Source: Nitrosopumilus sp.
GTDB lineage: Archaea; Thermoproteota; Nitrososphaeria; Nitrososphaerales; Nitrosopumilaceae
Length of the DNA stretch: 64,000 nt
Direction: 5' to 3'
NCBI GenBank assembly: GCA_965205675.1
Contig: OZ242186.1
Location: forward strand, 608,001-672,000
The notes under the pieces are model-generated. The model was given only the letters and a program-made list of their open reading frames with translations. It did not search any database and was not told where the DNA came from. The position numbers and the translations under genes were made by a program. Below, in pieces: positions 38,534-48,923 of the stretch (its first letter is position 1; each line of letters starts with the position of its first letter).

Positions 38534-39016
38534 ATGTGGGCAATACTTTCTATCCTAGTTGAAAACAAACCTGGAATCTTATTCAAGGTGACTCATCTTT
38601 TCAGAGCAAGGAATTTCAATATTGATAGTATCTCTGTGGGGATAACTGAAAATTCTGAATATTCCAAGATGACTATTACTACATATGGTGATGAAAAACA
38701 AATTGATCAAATCGTAAAACAACTCGATAAAATGATTGACACAGTCAAAGTTGAGCGCTTAGATGAGCACAAAACAGTATATCGCGAACTTAGTCTTTTT
38801 AAGATAACACTCAGTAATGCTAATGATAGTATGGAAGTTAATAAACTAGCAAATGCGTATGGTGCCAAAGTCCATGACGTGAAAAAAGATTCTCTTATGG
38901 TAGAATTAACTGCCACACCTGATCAAATCAAAGCATTTGAAGAATTAGTAAAACCTTTTGGAATTCTTGATGTTGCTCGAACCGGTGTTGCTGCTTTGCA
39001 AAGAAGTGGTGCATAA
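38534..39016 (+). CDS. ilvH: Acetolactate synthase small subunit
   Basis: VENKPG, F..RNFNIDS and VARTG. Confidence 0.94.
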   Translation: MWAILSILVENKPGILFKVTHLFRARNFNIDSISVGITENSEYSKMTITTYGDEKQIDQIVKQLDKMIDTVKVERLDEHKTVYRELSLFKITLSNANDSMEVNKLANAYGAKVHDVKKDSLMVELTATPDQIKAFEELVKPFGILDVARTGVAALQRSGA

Positions 39017-40524
39017 TGACAAATGTTAGAATTTTTGATACCACACTAAGAGATGGCGAACAAACTCTTGGAGTATCTTTATCTCCTGATCAAAAATTAG
39101 CAATTGCAAAAAAACTTGATGAATTGGGAGTTGATGCAATAGAGGCAGGATTTCCTGTAATTTCTGAAGGTGAATCACAAGCTGTTAAAATGATTACAGC
39201 AGAAGGGTTATCTTGTGAAATTGCAGGATTGACTAGAACTATCAAAAAAGATATTGATGCTGCAGTTGATGCCGGATTAAATTACGTTCACACATTTATT
39301 GCAACTTCAGACATTCACTTGGAACACAAGCTCCACATGACTCGAGAACACGCTCTTGAAAAAGCAATTGAAGCAGTAGAATATGGCAAGTCTCGTGGAT
39401 TGCAAGTAGAGTTTTCAGCTGAAGATGCATCAAGAACTGATCGGGAATTTTTGAAAAAAGTTTTCGGTGATGTTGCAAAAGCAGGTGCTGATCGTGTCAA
39501 TATTCCTGACACTGTGGGTTATTCTACCCCTGAATACATGGCTGAAATTACTAAAGACACTATTGAGGCTACAAAACTTCCAGTAAGTGTTCATTGTCAT
39601 AATGATTTTGGATTAGCAGTTGCAAATGCCTTATCTGGAATTCATGCAGGTGCTGCATGTGCCCATGTTACAATTAATGGTATTGGGGAAAGAGCAGGCA
39701 ATGCTTCATTAGAAGAATTTTCAATGGCACTCAAATGTTTACCCTATGATCAAAATTATGAAACCAACATCAAATCTGAATTAATTTATGATACATCTAG
39801 ATTCATTTCAAAAACTGTGGGGATTATTGTACAACCAAACAAAGCAATAGTTGGTGCTAATGCTTTTGGTCATGAATCTGGAATTCATACACATGGTGTA
39901 TTGAACAATCCTCTTACTTACGAACCTATTAGTCCTGAATTAGTTGGAAGAAAACGTTGGCTTAAGGTTGGAAAACATGCAGGTGTTCATGGGATGAATG
40001 CCATGTTGGAAGAGTATGGTGTAAAACCCACTGAAGAACAAGCAAAACAAATCTTAGAACAAGTTAAGATGCTCGGTGACCAGGGAAGACAAATTACTGA
40101 TGTCGAGTTGTTATCTATTGCTAGTGAAGTTCTAGGTGAAAAAGATCTTAAAAGAATTGTACAATTGACTGGTTTTTCTGTCTCTACTGGAATTGGAACT
40201 ATGCCTTATGCCTTTGTAAAACTAAATGTCAATGGCCAGGATCATATTGGAACTGATTATGGTGTTGGGCCTGTAGATGCTGCATTAAATGCGATTCAAA
40301 AAATTACTGGTAAGATTTCTGAAATTAAAATCAAAGACTATGGATTGGCATCTATTTCTGGCGGTTCTGGAGCATTATGTGAAGTTACAGTAAAAGTTGA
40401 AGATCCTTTGGGAAATAAGGTCTCTGCAAAATCTGTTGGTGAAGATATTGTAACTACTTCTGTAAAGGCAGTTATTGACGCAATTAATAGAATCATGCTC
40501 AAAAAAATGCTTGATGAAAACTAG
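39016..40524 (+). CDS. leuA: 2-isopropylmalate synthase (LeuA/CimA family)
   Basis: DTTLRDGEQ, HCHNDFG, GERAGN and regulatory domain; citramalate activity not excluded. Confidence 0.88.
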   Translation: MTNVRIFDTTLRDGEQTLGVSLSPDQKLAIAKKLDELGVDAIEAGFPVISEGESQAVKMITAEGLSCEIAGLTRTIKKDIDAAVDAGLNYVHTFIATSDIHLEHKLHMTREHALEKAIEAVEYGKSRGLQVEFSAEDASRTDREFLKKVFGDVAKAGADRVNIPDTVGYSTPEYMAEITKDTIEATKLPVSVHCHNDFGLAVANALSGIHAGAACAHVTINGIGERAGNASLEEFSMALKCLPYDQNYETNIKSELIYDTSRFISKTVGIIVQPNKAIVGANAFGHESGIHTHGVLNNPLTYEPISPELVGRKRWLKVGKHAGVHGMNAMLEEYGVKPTEEQAKQILEQVKMLGDQGRQITDVELLSIASEVLGEKDLKRIVQLTGFSVSTGIGTMPYAFVKLNVNGQDHIGTDYGVGPVDAALNAIQKITGKISEIKIKDYGLASISGGSGALCEVTVKVEDPLGNKVSAKSVGEDIVTTSVKAVIDAINRIMLKKMLDEN

Positions 40525-40566
40525 GTTATCTAAATCCTAAAATCTCCCTTTATCTTATGTGTGATT

Positions 40567-41580
40567 ATGTATAAAATCTCATTAATTACAGGTGATGGCA
40601 TAGGTCCTGAGTTATCTGAATCTGCAATTTCTGTGTTAAATACAATTCACGATAGATTCGATTTGAAATTTGATATTACAAAATTATCTGCAGGTGACAA
40701 GGCATTATCTGAAACTGGAAAAGCACTTCCTGATGAAACAGTTGATGTCATAAAACAATCTGATGTTTGCATGAAAGCTCCTGTGGGTGAAAGTGCAGCT
40801 GATGTGATTGTAGTGTTAAGACGGATGCTTGATTTGTATGCTAATATCAGGCCTGCAAAATCATATCCACATATGCCTGCCTTACGTGATGATATTGATA
40901 TGGTAATAGTTCGAGAAAATACTGAGGATCTCTACACTGGAAAAGAATTCAGTTTGGGTAATTCTGCTGTTGCATTAAGAATAATTTCTGAAGATGCATC
41001 AAAACGAATTGCAAAATATGCATTTGAAACTGCCAAACAACGTGATTCTATGAAAAAAGTTACTTGTGTTCACAAGTCCAATGTAATGCGCATTACTGAT
41101 GGGCTCTTTGCAAAAGCTTGTACCAAAGTCTCTAAAAACTATCCTGACATTATATTTGAGCAAATGTATGTTGATGCATGTGCTATGAATTTGATTCGAC
41201 AACCAGAACAATTTGATGTTGTAGTTACAACTAATCTATTTGGAGATATTTTATCTGATGAATCTTCTCAGGTTGTTGGTGGATTGGGCATGGCCCCTGC
41301 TGCTAATATTGGAGACAAGTTTGCACTCTTTGAACCTGTTCATGGTGCAGCATTTGATATTGCAGGACAAAATATTGCAAACCCCTCATCATTTTTACTA
41401 TCTATCAAGATGATGCTTGATTGGCTAGGTAACAAACACAATGATTCAAAATGCATTGAAGTGGGACAAAAATTGGAATCAACAATATTTGATTTAGTCA
41501 AATCTGGTGTCAAGACTAAAGATATTGGCGGTGATAAGAGTACATCAGAATTTACAAAAGAAATTACAGATAATCTCTAA
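40567..41580 (+). CDS. leuB: 3-isopropylmalate dehydrogenase family
   Basis: GDGIGPE, RENTED.Y, NLFGDILSD and EPVHG; follows leuA. Confidence 0.85.
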   Translation: MYKISLITGDGIGPELSESAISVLNTIHDRFDLKFDITKLSAGDKALSETGKALPDETVDVIKQSDVCMKAPVGESAADVIVVLRRMLDLYANIRPAKSYPHMPALRDDIDMVIVRENTEDLYTGKEFSLGNSAVALRIISEDASKRIAKYAFETAKQRDSMKKVTCVHKSNVMRITDGLFAKACTKVSKNYPDIIFEQMYVDACAMNLIRQPEQFDVVVTTNLFGDILSDESSQVVGGLGMAPAANIGDKFALFEPVHGAAFDIAGQNIANPSSFLLSIKMMLDWLGNKHNDSKCIEVGQKLESTIFDLVKSGVKTKDIGGDKSTSEFTKEITDNL

Positions 41581-41657
41581 AAATATGCCTAAAATTAGGA
41601 AATTCTGTTCTGATTTCTTTTATCAATTTTTATTAATCGTTAATTTTTCTTGATAGT

Positions 41658-41789
41658 ATGGTTGTATGTTGTATCTGTAAAATTGCCACTGGAACTCTCA
41701 AAATCTCTGATGGTAATCCAAAGTACAAAGGAAAACCCATTTGTAAAGAGTGTCAGGGATATCGCAAATTACTTAAAGAAACTAAATAG
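41658..41789 (+). CDS. 43-aa zinc-finger microprotein
   Basis: MVVCCICKIATGTLKISDGNPKYKGKPICKECQGYRKLLKETK; two CxxC pairs; upstream TTTATTAA. Confidence 0.7.
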   Translation: MVVCCICKIATGTLKISDGNPKYKGKPICKECQGYRKLLKETK

Positions 41790-42036
41790 ATTCTTCTGAT
41801 TTTGTTTTATTTTTTACAGCCCATTCTTCATACATTTTGATTAATTCATCTACATCCTTACCTTCTTCAGAATATGTTACAATGACTCCAAATGTTCCTT
41901 TTTTATCATGGCCTCTAGCAAAATATCCCCAAAATGAATCCGGCAACTTTGCAAAGCTATTAGAATCATGTGAGACTCCGATTAGATTATTTCCAACCAC
42001 TTCAACAACTTTTTTTGCATCATCTTGTTCTATCAT
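41782..42036 (-). CDS. Conserved hypothetical protein
   Basis: 84-aa ORF. Confidence 0.7.
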   Translation of the reverse strand: MIEQDDAKKVVEVVGNNLIGVSHDSNSFAKLPDSFWGYFARGHDKKGTFGVIVTYSEEGKDVDELIKMYEEWAVKNKTKSEESI

Positions 42037-42082
42037 GCCATGTCATATCTTTAATGAAATAAAAACATGAATTTTACACAAA

Positions 42083-42316
42083 TCAATTAACGCCTTTTCT
42101 TCTACGTAGTTTTTCGCCTGTTAATGTAACAGTGTCTTTAAAATCTGTAATTTCTTTATTCATTTCATCTTTTTCTTCTTTTGTTAGTTCGCGAACAATC
42201 ACATCTATTCCATCTGCAAAATTTTCACATTTCTTACATAACCATAATGGAGCTTTATCTTTTTGTTGGACTATGGGATATCTTCTTTGATTGCATTGTT
42301 TACAAAATAATGTCAT
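42083..42316 (-). CDS. Small zinc-ribbon protein
   Basis: CKQC and CKKC; directly downstream of aspS. Confidence 0.75.
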   Translation of the reverse strand: MTLFCKQCNQRRYPIVQQKDKAPLWLCKKCENFADGIDVIVRELTKEEKDEMNKEITDFKDTVTLTGEKLRRRKGVN

Positions 42317-42332
42317 AATCTATCATGTTTCC

Positions 42333-43619
42333 TTATGGACTAAGCCTGTCTGGATCTCGTGGATACAACACTACTTCACGAACATTCTCTATTCCAATTA
42401 ATGTGGTCATCAATCTATCTAATCCCATACCCCATCCTGAATGTGGTGGCATACCCCAGTCAAATGTTTTAATGTGATCTTCAAATTGTGTAGGATCTAA
42501 TCCTTGTTCTCTCAGCCTATTTTTAATCATCTCTGGACTGTGTAGTCTGGTTCCTCCTGAAGATAGTTCTAAGAATCCATATTGCAAGTCAAATGAGCGT
42601 GAAAGTGTGGCATCCTCATCTTTTTCTCTAATGTAAAATGGTTTTAACTTCATTGGCCAATCAATTAAAAAGAAAAACCCTGGGTGATTCTTACCAATGA
42701 TTCTGAGATGTGAATCAAGTAAATCATCTCCAAATTCTATCTTTTCCCCTTTCTTTTTTAACTCTTCAACACACTGAGTGTATGTTATTCTTTCAAATGG
42801 TGCTGTAGGTACTTTTATAGTATGTTCAATTGCTTCTTGTTCTGTTTTACAATTCTCTGAAATATCTTTGTACACTGATAACACTAATGATTCTAAAACG
42901 TTCATAACATCTTCATAATCCATGAATGCTGCTTCGATATCTATACTGGTAAATTCAGTTAGGTGTCTTCCTGTATGAGAATTTTCTGCTCTGTAAAAGT
43001 TTGAAATTTCAAATACTCTTTCTAAACCCATAGTCATTTGTTCTTTGTATAATTGTGGGCTTTGAGCAAGATATGCGGTTTTTCCAAAATATTCTAATGA
43101 AAATAAATCTGCACCTCCTTCACTTGCACTACCAATTATCTTTGGTGTTGTAATTTCTATGAATTTTTTATCTGTTAGAGTCTTTCTTAATGATTGCAAT
43201 ACATGATGACGTACTTTGAAAATAGAAGCTGTTTTTTGATTTCTCATATCTAATGCACGATGATTTAATCTCGTGTCGATATTACTTTCAAGTCTGCCTA
43301 TTGGGTCTACTGGTAGTGGGTGAATTGCTTTTCCTAACACTTCTATTTCCTCTGCTTTAATTTCAAATGCAAAGTCACGTGCTTTAGTTTCTTGTACAAT
43401 TCCTTTGATACTTACAACACTCTGACGATTAATTTCTCCAAGATTATCATTTAATTCTCCTTTAACTATTACCTGTGATATTCCTGAAACATCTCGGAGT
43501 GTGATAAAAGACATCTTTCCTAATTTTCTAAGATCTTCAATCCATCCTCCCAAGACAACTTGTTTTCCAATTAATTCTTGATTTAACTCTGAAATATCAT
43601 GAGTCTTTACAAAAACCAT
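42333..43619 (-). CDS. aspS: Aspartyl-tRNA synthetase, archaeal, probably non-discriminating
   Basis: OB fold, LAQSPQLYK, YRAE, ELSSG and PPHSGWGMGLDR. Confidence 0.95.
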   Translation of the reverse strand: MVFVKTHDISELNQELIGKQVVLGGWIEDLRKLGKMSFITLRDVSGISQVIVKGELNDNLGEINRQSVVSIKGIVQETKARDFAFEIKAEEIEVLGKAIHPLPVDPIGRLESNIDTRLNHRALDMRNQKTASIFKVRHHVLQSLRKTLTDKKFIEITTPKIIGSASEGGADLFSLEYFGKTAYLAQSPQLYKEQMTMGLERVFEISNFYRAENSHTGRHLTEFTSIDIEAAFMDYEDVMNVLESLVLSVYKDISENCKTEQEAIEHTIKVPTAPFERITYTQCVEELKKKGEKIEFGDDLLDSHLRIIGKNHPGFFFLIDWPMKLKPFYIREKDEDATLSRSFDLQYGFLELSSGGTRLHSPEMIKNRLREQGLDPTQFEDHIKTFDWGMPPHSGWGMGLDRLMTTLIGIENVREVVLYPRDPDRLSP

Positions 43620-43622
43620 ATC

Positions 43623-44135
43623 TTATCTTTTATCCTCAAATTCTATCTCAATGTCAAGGTTTCGGGCATCTTTGACTATTTGAACTACTTTTTCAGTATC
43701 TATTGGAAATTTACGTGTCCATTTTCCTAAGACTATTGCTTTTGTCTTCTGAACTCCTCCCGGAGCCCAAACTGCATTAATTGACAGGATTTTTGTTGGG
43801 AAAAACAAATCTTCAATAAATCGTTTATCTGTCTCATCTGCTTCAACAAGCCAAATTTTCCCCTTAAATTGATCTTGTAATGTTCGATATAATGTGCGGC
43901 TTTGCCTGATTACCATGATATTGTTTTTTGCAAGAGACAATATGAAATTCCCATCAAATTCTTTGCAGGAATATAGTGTAAAATTTGCAATTTCTTTATT
44001 TAATTTTGCAATTTTTGCAAGATTAATTGATGCCTCTGCATCGGCTTTAGTTAATTCCCCTGATTCGATTTTCTTTTCACACTGGGGACATAGAACCGAA
44101 TTTTTTGCATCAAAGCCACATATTGGTAATTTCAT
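43623..44135 (-). CDS. NusA-like protein with N-terminal Zn motif
   Basis: PIC..D....LCPQC; resembles archaeal NusA paralogue upstream of aspS. Confidence 0.65.
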   Translation of the reverse strand: MKLPICGFDAKNSVLCPQCEKKIESGELTKADAEASINLAKIAKLNKEIANFTLYSCKEFDGNFILSLAKNNIMVIRQSRTLYRTLQDQFKGKIWLVEADETDKRFIEDLFFPTKILSINAVWAPGGVQKTKAIVLGKWTRKFPIDTEKVVQIVKDARNLDIEIEFEDKR

Positions 44136-44216
44136 TTAAATCGACTTTTTCATTCTGATAATGTTGTTTATATCCCTTGGTGCAAAATAATATTCTAGTT
44201 TGGATCTAAAAGAACA

Positions 44217-45155
44217 ATGACATTTCTAAAAGTTGGTGGATTATCATCAAAATATTTGTCTTCGAAAGGATCAGTTTATGCTGTTGATGATGTTGATTTT
44301 GAATTAAATGATGGTGAATCCATTGGGATTGCCGGTGAGAGTGCATGCGGCAAAAGTACCTTGGGGCTATCTTTAATCCGAATGCTTTCTGGTGGTGTCT
44401 CTGAAGGAAATATCATACTTGATGATATTTCTATTTTAGATGTTGATGAGTCAAAATTTGATGATGAGTTTAGATGGAAAAAAATCTCCATGATCTTTCA
44501 GGGTGCTATGAATTCTCTGGATCCTGTTTTTACAATTAATGAACAATTTGTAGAAATTTTAAAACAACATAGTTTTGTTGGTGATTCAAAAAAATTGATC
44601 TTAAATGCTATGAATTCTGTTAATCTTGATGAAACCGTATTGAAAAAATATCCTCATGAACTTAGCGGTGGTATGAAACAAAGAATAATTATTGCAATGG
44701 CACTATTACTTAAACCAAAATTTGTAATTGCAGATGAACCTACTACTGCACTAGATGTCTTAATTCAAGCACAAATTATCAACTTGCTGAAATCTTTGAA
44801 AAAAGATGGCATGTCATTTATGTTAATTACGCATGATTTGGCTATCTTGTCTGAAATTTCTGATAAAATTGGAATAATGTATGGTGGACATATGATAGAG
44901 TTTGGTTCTTCTAAACAAATTTACAAAAACCCAAAACACCCTTACACTCAAGGTCTCTTAAAATCTATTCCTACTTTGAAAGGAGGAATCCCCAAATACA
45001 TCAAAGGTGTGCCTCCTAGCTTACTTGATGCTTCCACACAATGTAGATTCATTGAACGTTGTCCTTTGGCCATAGAGAAATGCAAAACACTTCCTCCTAA
45101 ATTTAAAACTAGTACTGGATATGTTAGATGTTGGTTATATGAAGATGAAAAATAA
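44217..45155 (+). CDS. Peptide ABC transporter ATPase (DppD/OppD-like)
   Basis: GESACGKS, LSGGM, DEPT, HPYT and C-terminal Cys cluster. Confidence 0.92.
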   Translation: MTFLKVGGLSSKYLSSKGSVYAVDDVDFELNDGESIGIAGESACGKSTLGLSLIRMLSGGVSEGNIILDDISILDVDESKFDDEFRWKKISMIFQGAMNSLDPVFTINEQFVEILKQHSFVGDSKKLILNAMNSVNLDETVLKKYPHELSGGMKQRIIIAMALLLKPKFVIADEPTTALDVLIQAQIINLLKSLKKDGMSFMLITHDLAILSEISDKIGIMYGGHMIEFGSSKQIYKNPKHPYTQGLLKSIPTLKGGIPKYIKGVPPSLLDASTQCRFIERCPLAIEKCKTLPPKFKTSTGYVRCWLYEDEK

Positions 45156-45157
45156 TT

Positions 45158-45451
45158 TTATTTTTTATTGAGAAATTCTTTATCCATTTTTTTCAGATAT
45201 ATTTCTTGTAATTGTGCAATTTCACGACCTGTTGTATTTCTACTAATCATTTTTGCATATTGAATCAATTCTTGATTTTTCTGAGTTTTTCTAAATGCTT
45301 CTATTTTTCTAAATGATTCTCGTTCAAATTCCATTATGTCTCTTAATTCTTTACTGATTTCCTCAACGTTCATTTTTTTATAATTTTTTGATTCAGATTT
45401 TCTAAAACTAATTTCATCAATTAATTTTTTAATTTCATCTGGTTCTTGCAT
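45158..45451 (-). CDS. Hypothetical protein
   Basis: 97-aa helical ORF. Confidence 0.7.
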   Translation of the reverse strand: MQEPDEIKKLIDEISFRKSESKNYKKMNVEEISKELRDIMEFERESFRKIEAFRKTQKNQELIQYAKMISRNTTGREIAQLQEIYLKKMDKEFLNKK

Positions 45452-45576
45452 CTTTTAATTAAAATTCTTCAAATATGTTAATTTTGCATTTCTTTTTTAT
45501 GTTCTAGTATGTGTTTTAATCCGTCTGTCATACTAAGAGAATCTAAATCTATCTCACAATATAGGCATTTCATGTG

Positions 45577-45951
45577 TTAAGAGTATTTTTTTACAACTGG
45601 CAAACATGAATCAATAATTCTCAACATCTCTGATCTAATCACTTTTTTATCTATTGATATCCACACTCTTGATTTTTTTATTGCAAATGATATGGTCTGA
45701 ACTTTCTTCCTTTCTTCCCATACAAATTCAATCCCGCCTAAATTTTTGTCAAAAAATCCCTCCAAATCTGTCTTTATTGCAATATGTGAGAATTGATACT
45801 GTGTATTTTTCTCATTTAGTAATGGAACTAGGTCTGATCTTCTTTTGTATGCTAACAAGTTTCCACTTTCTCCAATCACGCCTACGAATCTGATAAATGG
45901 ACTAATTGTTGCAATTGTATCGCAAATACTTTCAAAATCTTTCTTTGACAT
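45577..45951 (-). CDS. Roadblock/profilin-like small protein
   Basis: IRFVGVI...G.L....R pattern. Confidence 0.7.
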   Translation of the reverse strand: MSKKDFESICDTIATISPFIRFVGVIGESGNLLAYKRRSDLVPLLNEKNTQYQFSHIAIKTDLEGFFDKNLGGIEFVWEERKKVQTISFAIKKSRVWISIDKKVIRSEMLRIIDSCLPVVKKYS

Positions 45952-46390
45952 TTGATAGAGTTCTGTAGATATGATATTTTAATGCATAGTACGTTATTTC
46001 TCACGCATAACTATCTAAATTTCTCAAATCTAGAGTGATTCCCATCGTATTGTGTCATAATACTAGGACTATTTTAGAACCATAAATGGTATGCAAACTC
46101 GATCGTAGCAAGCCTACAAGTTGAATCTAAAAAAAATCCTAGAATCGTCATGAAGACAATTAGTTCTAAAGAAATATCTGGAATGAATTTAGAAATGAAG
46201 AGTTTTATGGAAATGAAATTATATAAAGCAAATACTCCATCAAATTTTTTATAAATATCTAATTCTTGAAAGAAGTTTGAGAAAATTCTTTCAGTATTTT
46301 CTTATATCAAATTCATCTGTAGAGTATGGTTCTAACGATGCATGAACTCCCCTAGATTTAATTAAATACCGCCTGAGAACAATCTGATTT

Positions 46391-47026
46391 GTGGATTTTA
46401 TTGACATATTTCCATTTGCCCCCGATGTCGGCTATCCTCTTTTGGCTTTGGTCAATTTCTTTGGGTCTTTGGTACCTTTTGTACCCTTGCCTGGTTTCTT
46501 ACTTCTCGCTACAATGTCTGTGGGAAATCAATATGACTTGCATATCTTAGCATTAATTTCTGCTGTAACTGCAACTGTTGCAAAACAAATTATTTTCTAT
46601 GTTAGTTATGGCGGTCGAAGAATAATTAATGAAAAAACTCGAAAAAGAATGCGTCCATTTGAGAGATTAATTAAAAGATATGGTGCAGGAGCTGCTTTCT
46701 TTGCTGCTGCAACCCCGATTCCTGATGATCTAGTGTATGTTCCATTAGGCCTGGCAAAATATAATCCCAAGAGATTTTTTATTGCAACTTTAACTGGAAA
46801 AATTGTTCTTAGTTATTCTATTGTGTTTATTTCACATCATTTGGGATTCTCTTTGGTTGAACCTTTCCTTGAAAATGTTGATGATGCCACTCCAATATAC
46901 CTTGGAATCATTATTTTTGGTGTAATGATGACTGCTGTTATTGTATTGTTGTTGAGATTAGACTGGGCAAGAATTCTTGGAAAATTTGCACCATGGACTT
47001 TGGATGAGAATAATAAAGAAGATTAA
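46391..47026 (+). CDS. DedA/VTT family membrane protein
   Basis: AATPIPDD..VPLG motif and TM helices. Confidence 0.85.
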   Translation: MDFIDIFPFAPDVGYPLLALVNFFGSLVPFVPLPGFLLLATMSVGNQYDLHILALISAVTATVAKQIIFYVSYGGRRIINEKTRKRMRPFERLIKRYGAGAAFFAAATPIPDDLVYVPLGLAKYNPKRFFIATLTGKIVLSYSIVFISHHLGFSLVEPFLENVDDATPIYLGIIIFGVMMTAVIVLLLRLDWARILGKFAPWTLDENNKED

Positions 47027-47580
47027 ATTTCTATTTTAAAATTCCACAATCTATCTGTCGCTTTTGTAATTCCTATCCTTGGTGATGCAATAATTTTATC
47101 TGGTTTTATTCCTTTTGTGATGTATAATTTTGATTTTTTTGTTAAATCTACACCATAGTGATCTTTTGTAATCTCTAATGCCTGAGCTAATTTTGCAGGT
47201 CCATCAGTAAGATTTTTTAAATTTTCAATTCCTCTGTTTTTTTGCATAATCTTAATTCCTTTTACAGGTTTGATTCCACGAATGAGCACTGCTCCTGCAG
47301 CTACCTTTGGATCTTTTGCAACTATGTTGAAACAAAAATACATTCCATATGTAAAATAGACATATGCAAATCCCACTTTGCTGAACATTGCCTTGTTTCT
47401 GTCTGTGATTTTTCTTGCTGCGTGACTTGCAGGATCATCGCTGTGTCCATAAGCTTCAGTTTCTGTAATTATTCCTGTCATTTCTTGTCTTCCTATTTTT
47501 CTAACTATTGTTTTTCCAAGGAGATTCTTTGCTACTGTAACTGTATTTTTTAAATAAAATTTTCTAGCAAGTATAGTCAA
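47023..47580 (-). CDS. mpg: 3-methyladenine DNA glycosylase
   Basis: ETEAY, DPASH, YVYFTYGM, GPAKL and PRIGI. Confidence 0.93.
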   Translation of the reverse strand: MTILARKFYLKNTVTVAKNLLGKTIVRKIGRQEMTGIITETEAYGHSDDPASHAARKITDRNKAMFSKVGFAYVYFTYGMYFCFNIVAKDPKVAAGAVLIRGIKPVKGIKIMQKNRGIENLKNLTDGPAKLAQALEITKDHYGVDLTKKSKLYITKGIKPDKIIASPRIGITKATDRLWNFKIEI

Positions 47581-48157
47581 TATCTACTTTTATGGTATTG
47601 TCGTTTTTTAACTCTGTGATCACATCAAATAATTTTATAATGTCATCTCTTAACACTTTGATTAATTCTTGATTATAAATTGTGGCAGCTGGATGAACTG
47701 TCAAAAAATATAATTGATTATCTTTACGAACTATTTTACCTCTGAATTTTGTTATCTCTGATCCCCCTAACAATGAATTGAATGCTGTATTTCCTAATAT
47801 GCAAATTATTTTTGGTTTGATGATTGCAATTTCTTGTTTAAGATACTCTTGACATGTGTTTCTTTCCATTGTAGTTGGAACTCTATTTTTTGGCGGTCTG
47901 CATTTCACAATATTTGTAATGTATACTTTTTCTCTTGAGACTCCTGCATCTTCTAAAGCTGCTGATAATTTTTTTCCTGCAATTCCTATGAATGGCTCTC
48001 CTTTTTCGTCTTCATTTTTACCTGGAGCTTCTCCTACAAAGATCACGTCTGAATGAAAATTTCCTTTGCCTGGAACTGAATTAGTTCTAGTTTTACACAA
48101 TTCACATTTTGTACACTCTATTACACTTCTCTTGATGATTTCTAATTTTTGACTCAT
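47564..48157 (-). CDS. udg: Uracil-DNA glycosylase family 4
   Basis: CxxC, GEAPG, KCRPP.NR and HPA. Confidence 0.93.
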   Translation of the reverse strand: MSQKLEIIKRSVIECTKCELCKTRTNSVPGKGNFHSDVIFVGEAPGKNEDEKGEPFIGIAGKKLSAALEDAGVSREKVYITNIVKCRPPKNRVPTTMERNTCQEYLKQEIAIIKPKIICILGNTAFNSLLGGSEITKFRGKIVRKDNQLYFLTVHPAATIYNQELIKVLRDDIIKLFDVITELKNDNTIKVDIDYTC

Positions 48158-48159
48158 TT

Positions 48160-48582
48160 CTTAATTCACACTTTTTATTGTTGTAATTCCTCTCGTTATA
48201 GGTTCATTCATTACCGTTTTCAATCTTTTGTGTATATTGACAAGATATGGTCTATTTTTCTTTTTTTGATATGTTTGAACAAAATTCAATTTTATTTTTT
48301 TTGATTATATATAGTATTTTTAATTGATTTGTAAATCACATCTTTAATTTGTTCATGTTATTGTGGCTTAGGTATTGAAGAAAAATTACATGTGTTGTCT
48401 TTAATTATTCTAATTCCAATTTTGCTGTCTTGGTTTGTATTGATAAATTTTGTTGCGTTATTTTCTAAAACAATTGATTCCTATTCTTAGTGTTCTGCCC
48501 TCGTATTCCAATATTAAATTCCTAGACTTTTTGCATAATAGATTGCTTTATCTGCAAAATCTTGCAAATCTGTATTCTGCAA
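48160..48582 (-). pseudogene. TldD/PmbA-like gene remnant
   Basis: LQDFADKAIYYAKSLGI*YWNTRAEH*E*ESIVLENN...IGIRIIKD resembles the TldD N-terminus; stops and frameshift. Confidence 0.55.
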
Positions 48583-48622
48583 ACATAACCTAGTTCCACA
48601 TTACTGCAAAATCTTTTATTCT

Positions 48623-48763
48623 CTAATGGTTTGAAATTGCAGGCATGGTAAAGTAGTATTCATCCTCAAAATCATAATCAGTGGCACCTTTTTTACGTAA
48701 AAATTCAAAATACTCTGTACAATTTTTGTAAAATTCATTGTTTTTGGCATGTAATTGTTCCAT
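48623..48763 (-). CDS. 46-aa small protein
   Basis: MEQLHAKNNEFYKNCTEYFEFLRKKGATDYDFEDEYYFTMPAISNH; clean ATG-TAG ORF. Confidence 0.6.
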   Translation of the reverse strand: MEQLHAKNNEFYKNCTEYFEFLRKKGATDYDFEDEYYFTMPAISNH

Positions 48764-48923
48764 GTCTTAACTATGAAAATATCCATTTTGTTCAGTGTGT
48801 GAGTGTTTTTAGTTCTAAAAGTTTGTTTTCTTTAAGCAGTTTTTAATGACGTCTTAAACTCTCAAGATACTATCTTAAGAAAGCAATTTAGGACATAAAA
48901 TAATTAAAACATTGATCTGAAAA

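Noticed and set aside
45960-46380. Possible small ORFs or RNA in a long intergenic gap
   Set aside because: No convincing ORF, repeat or structure
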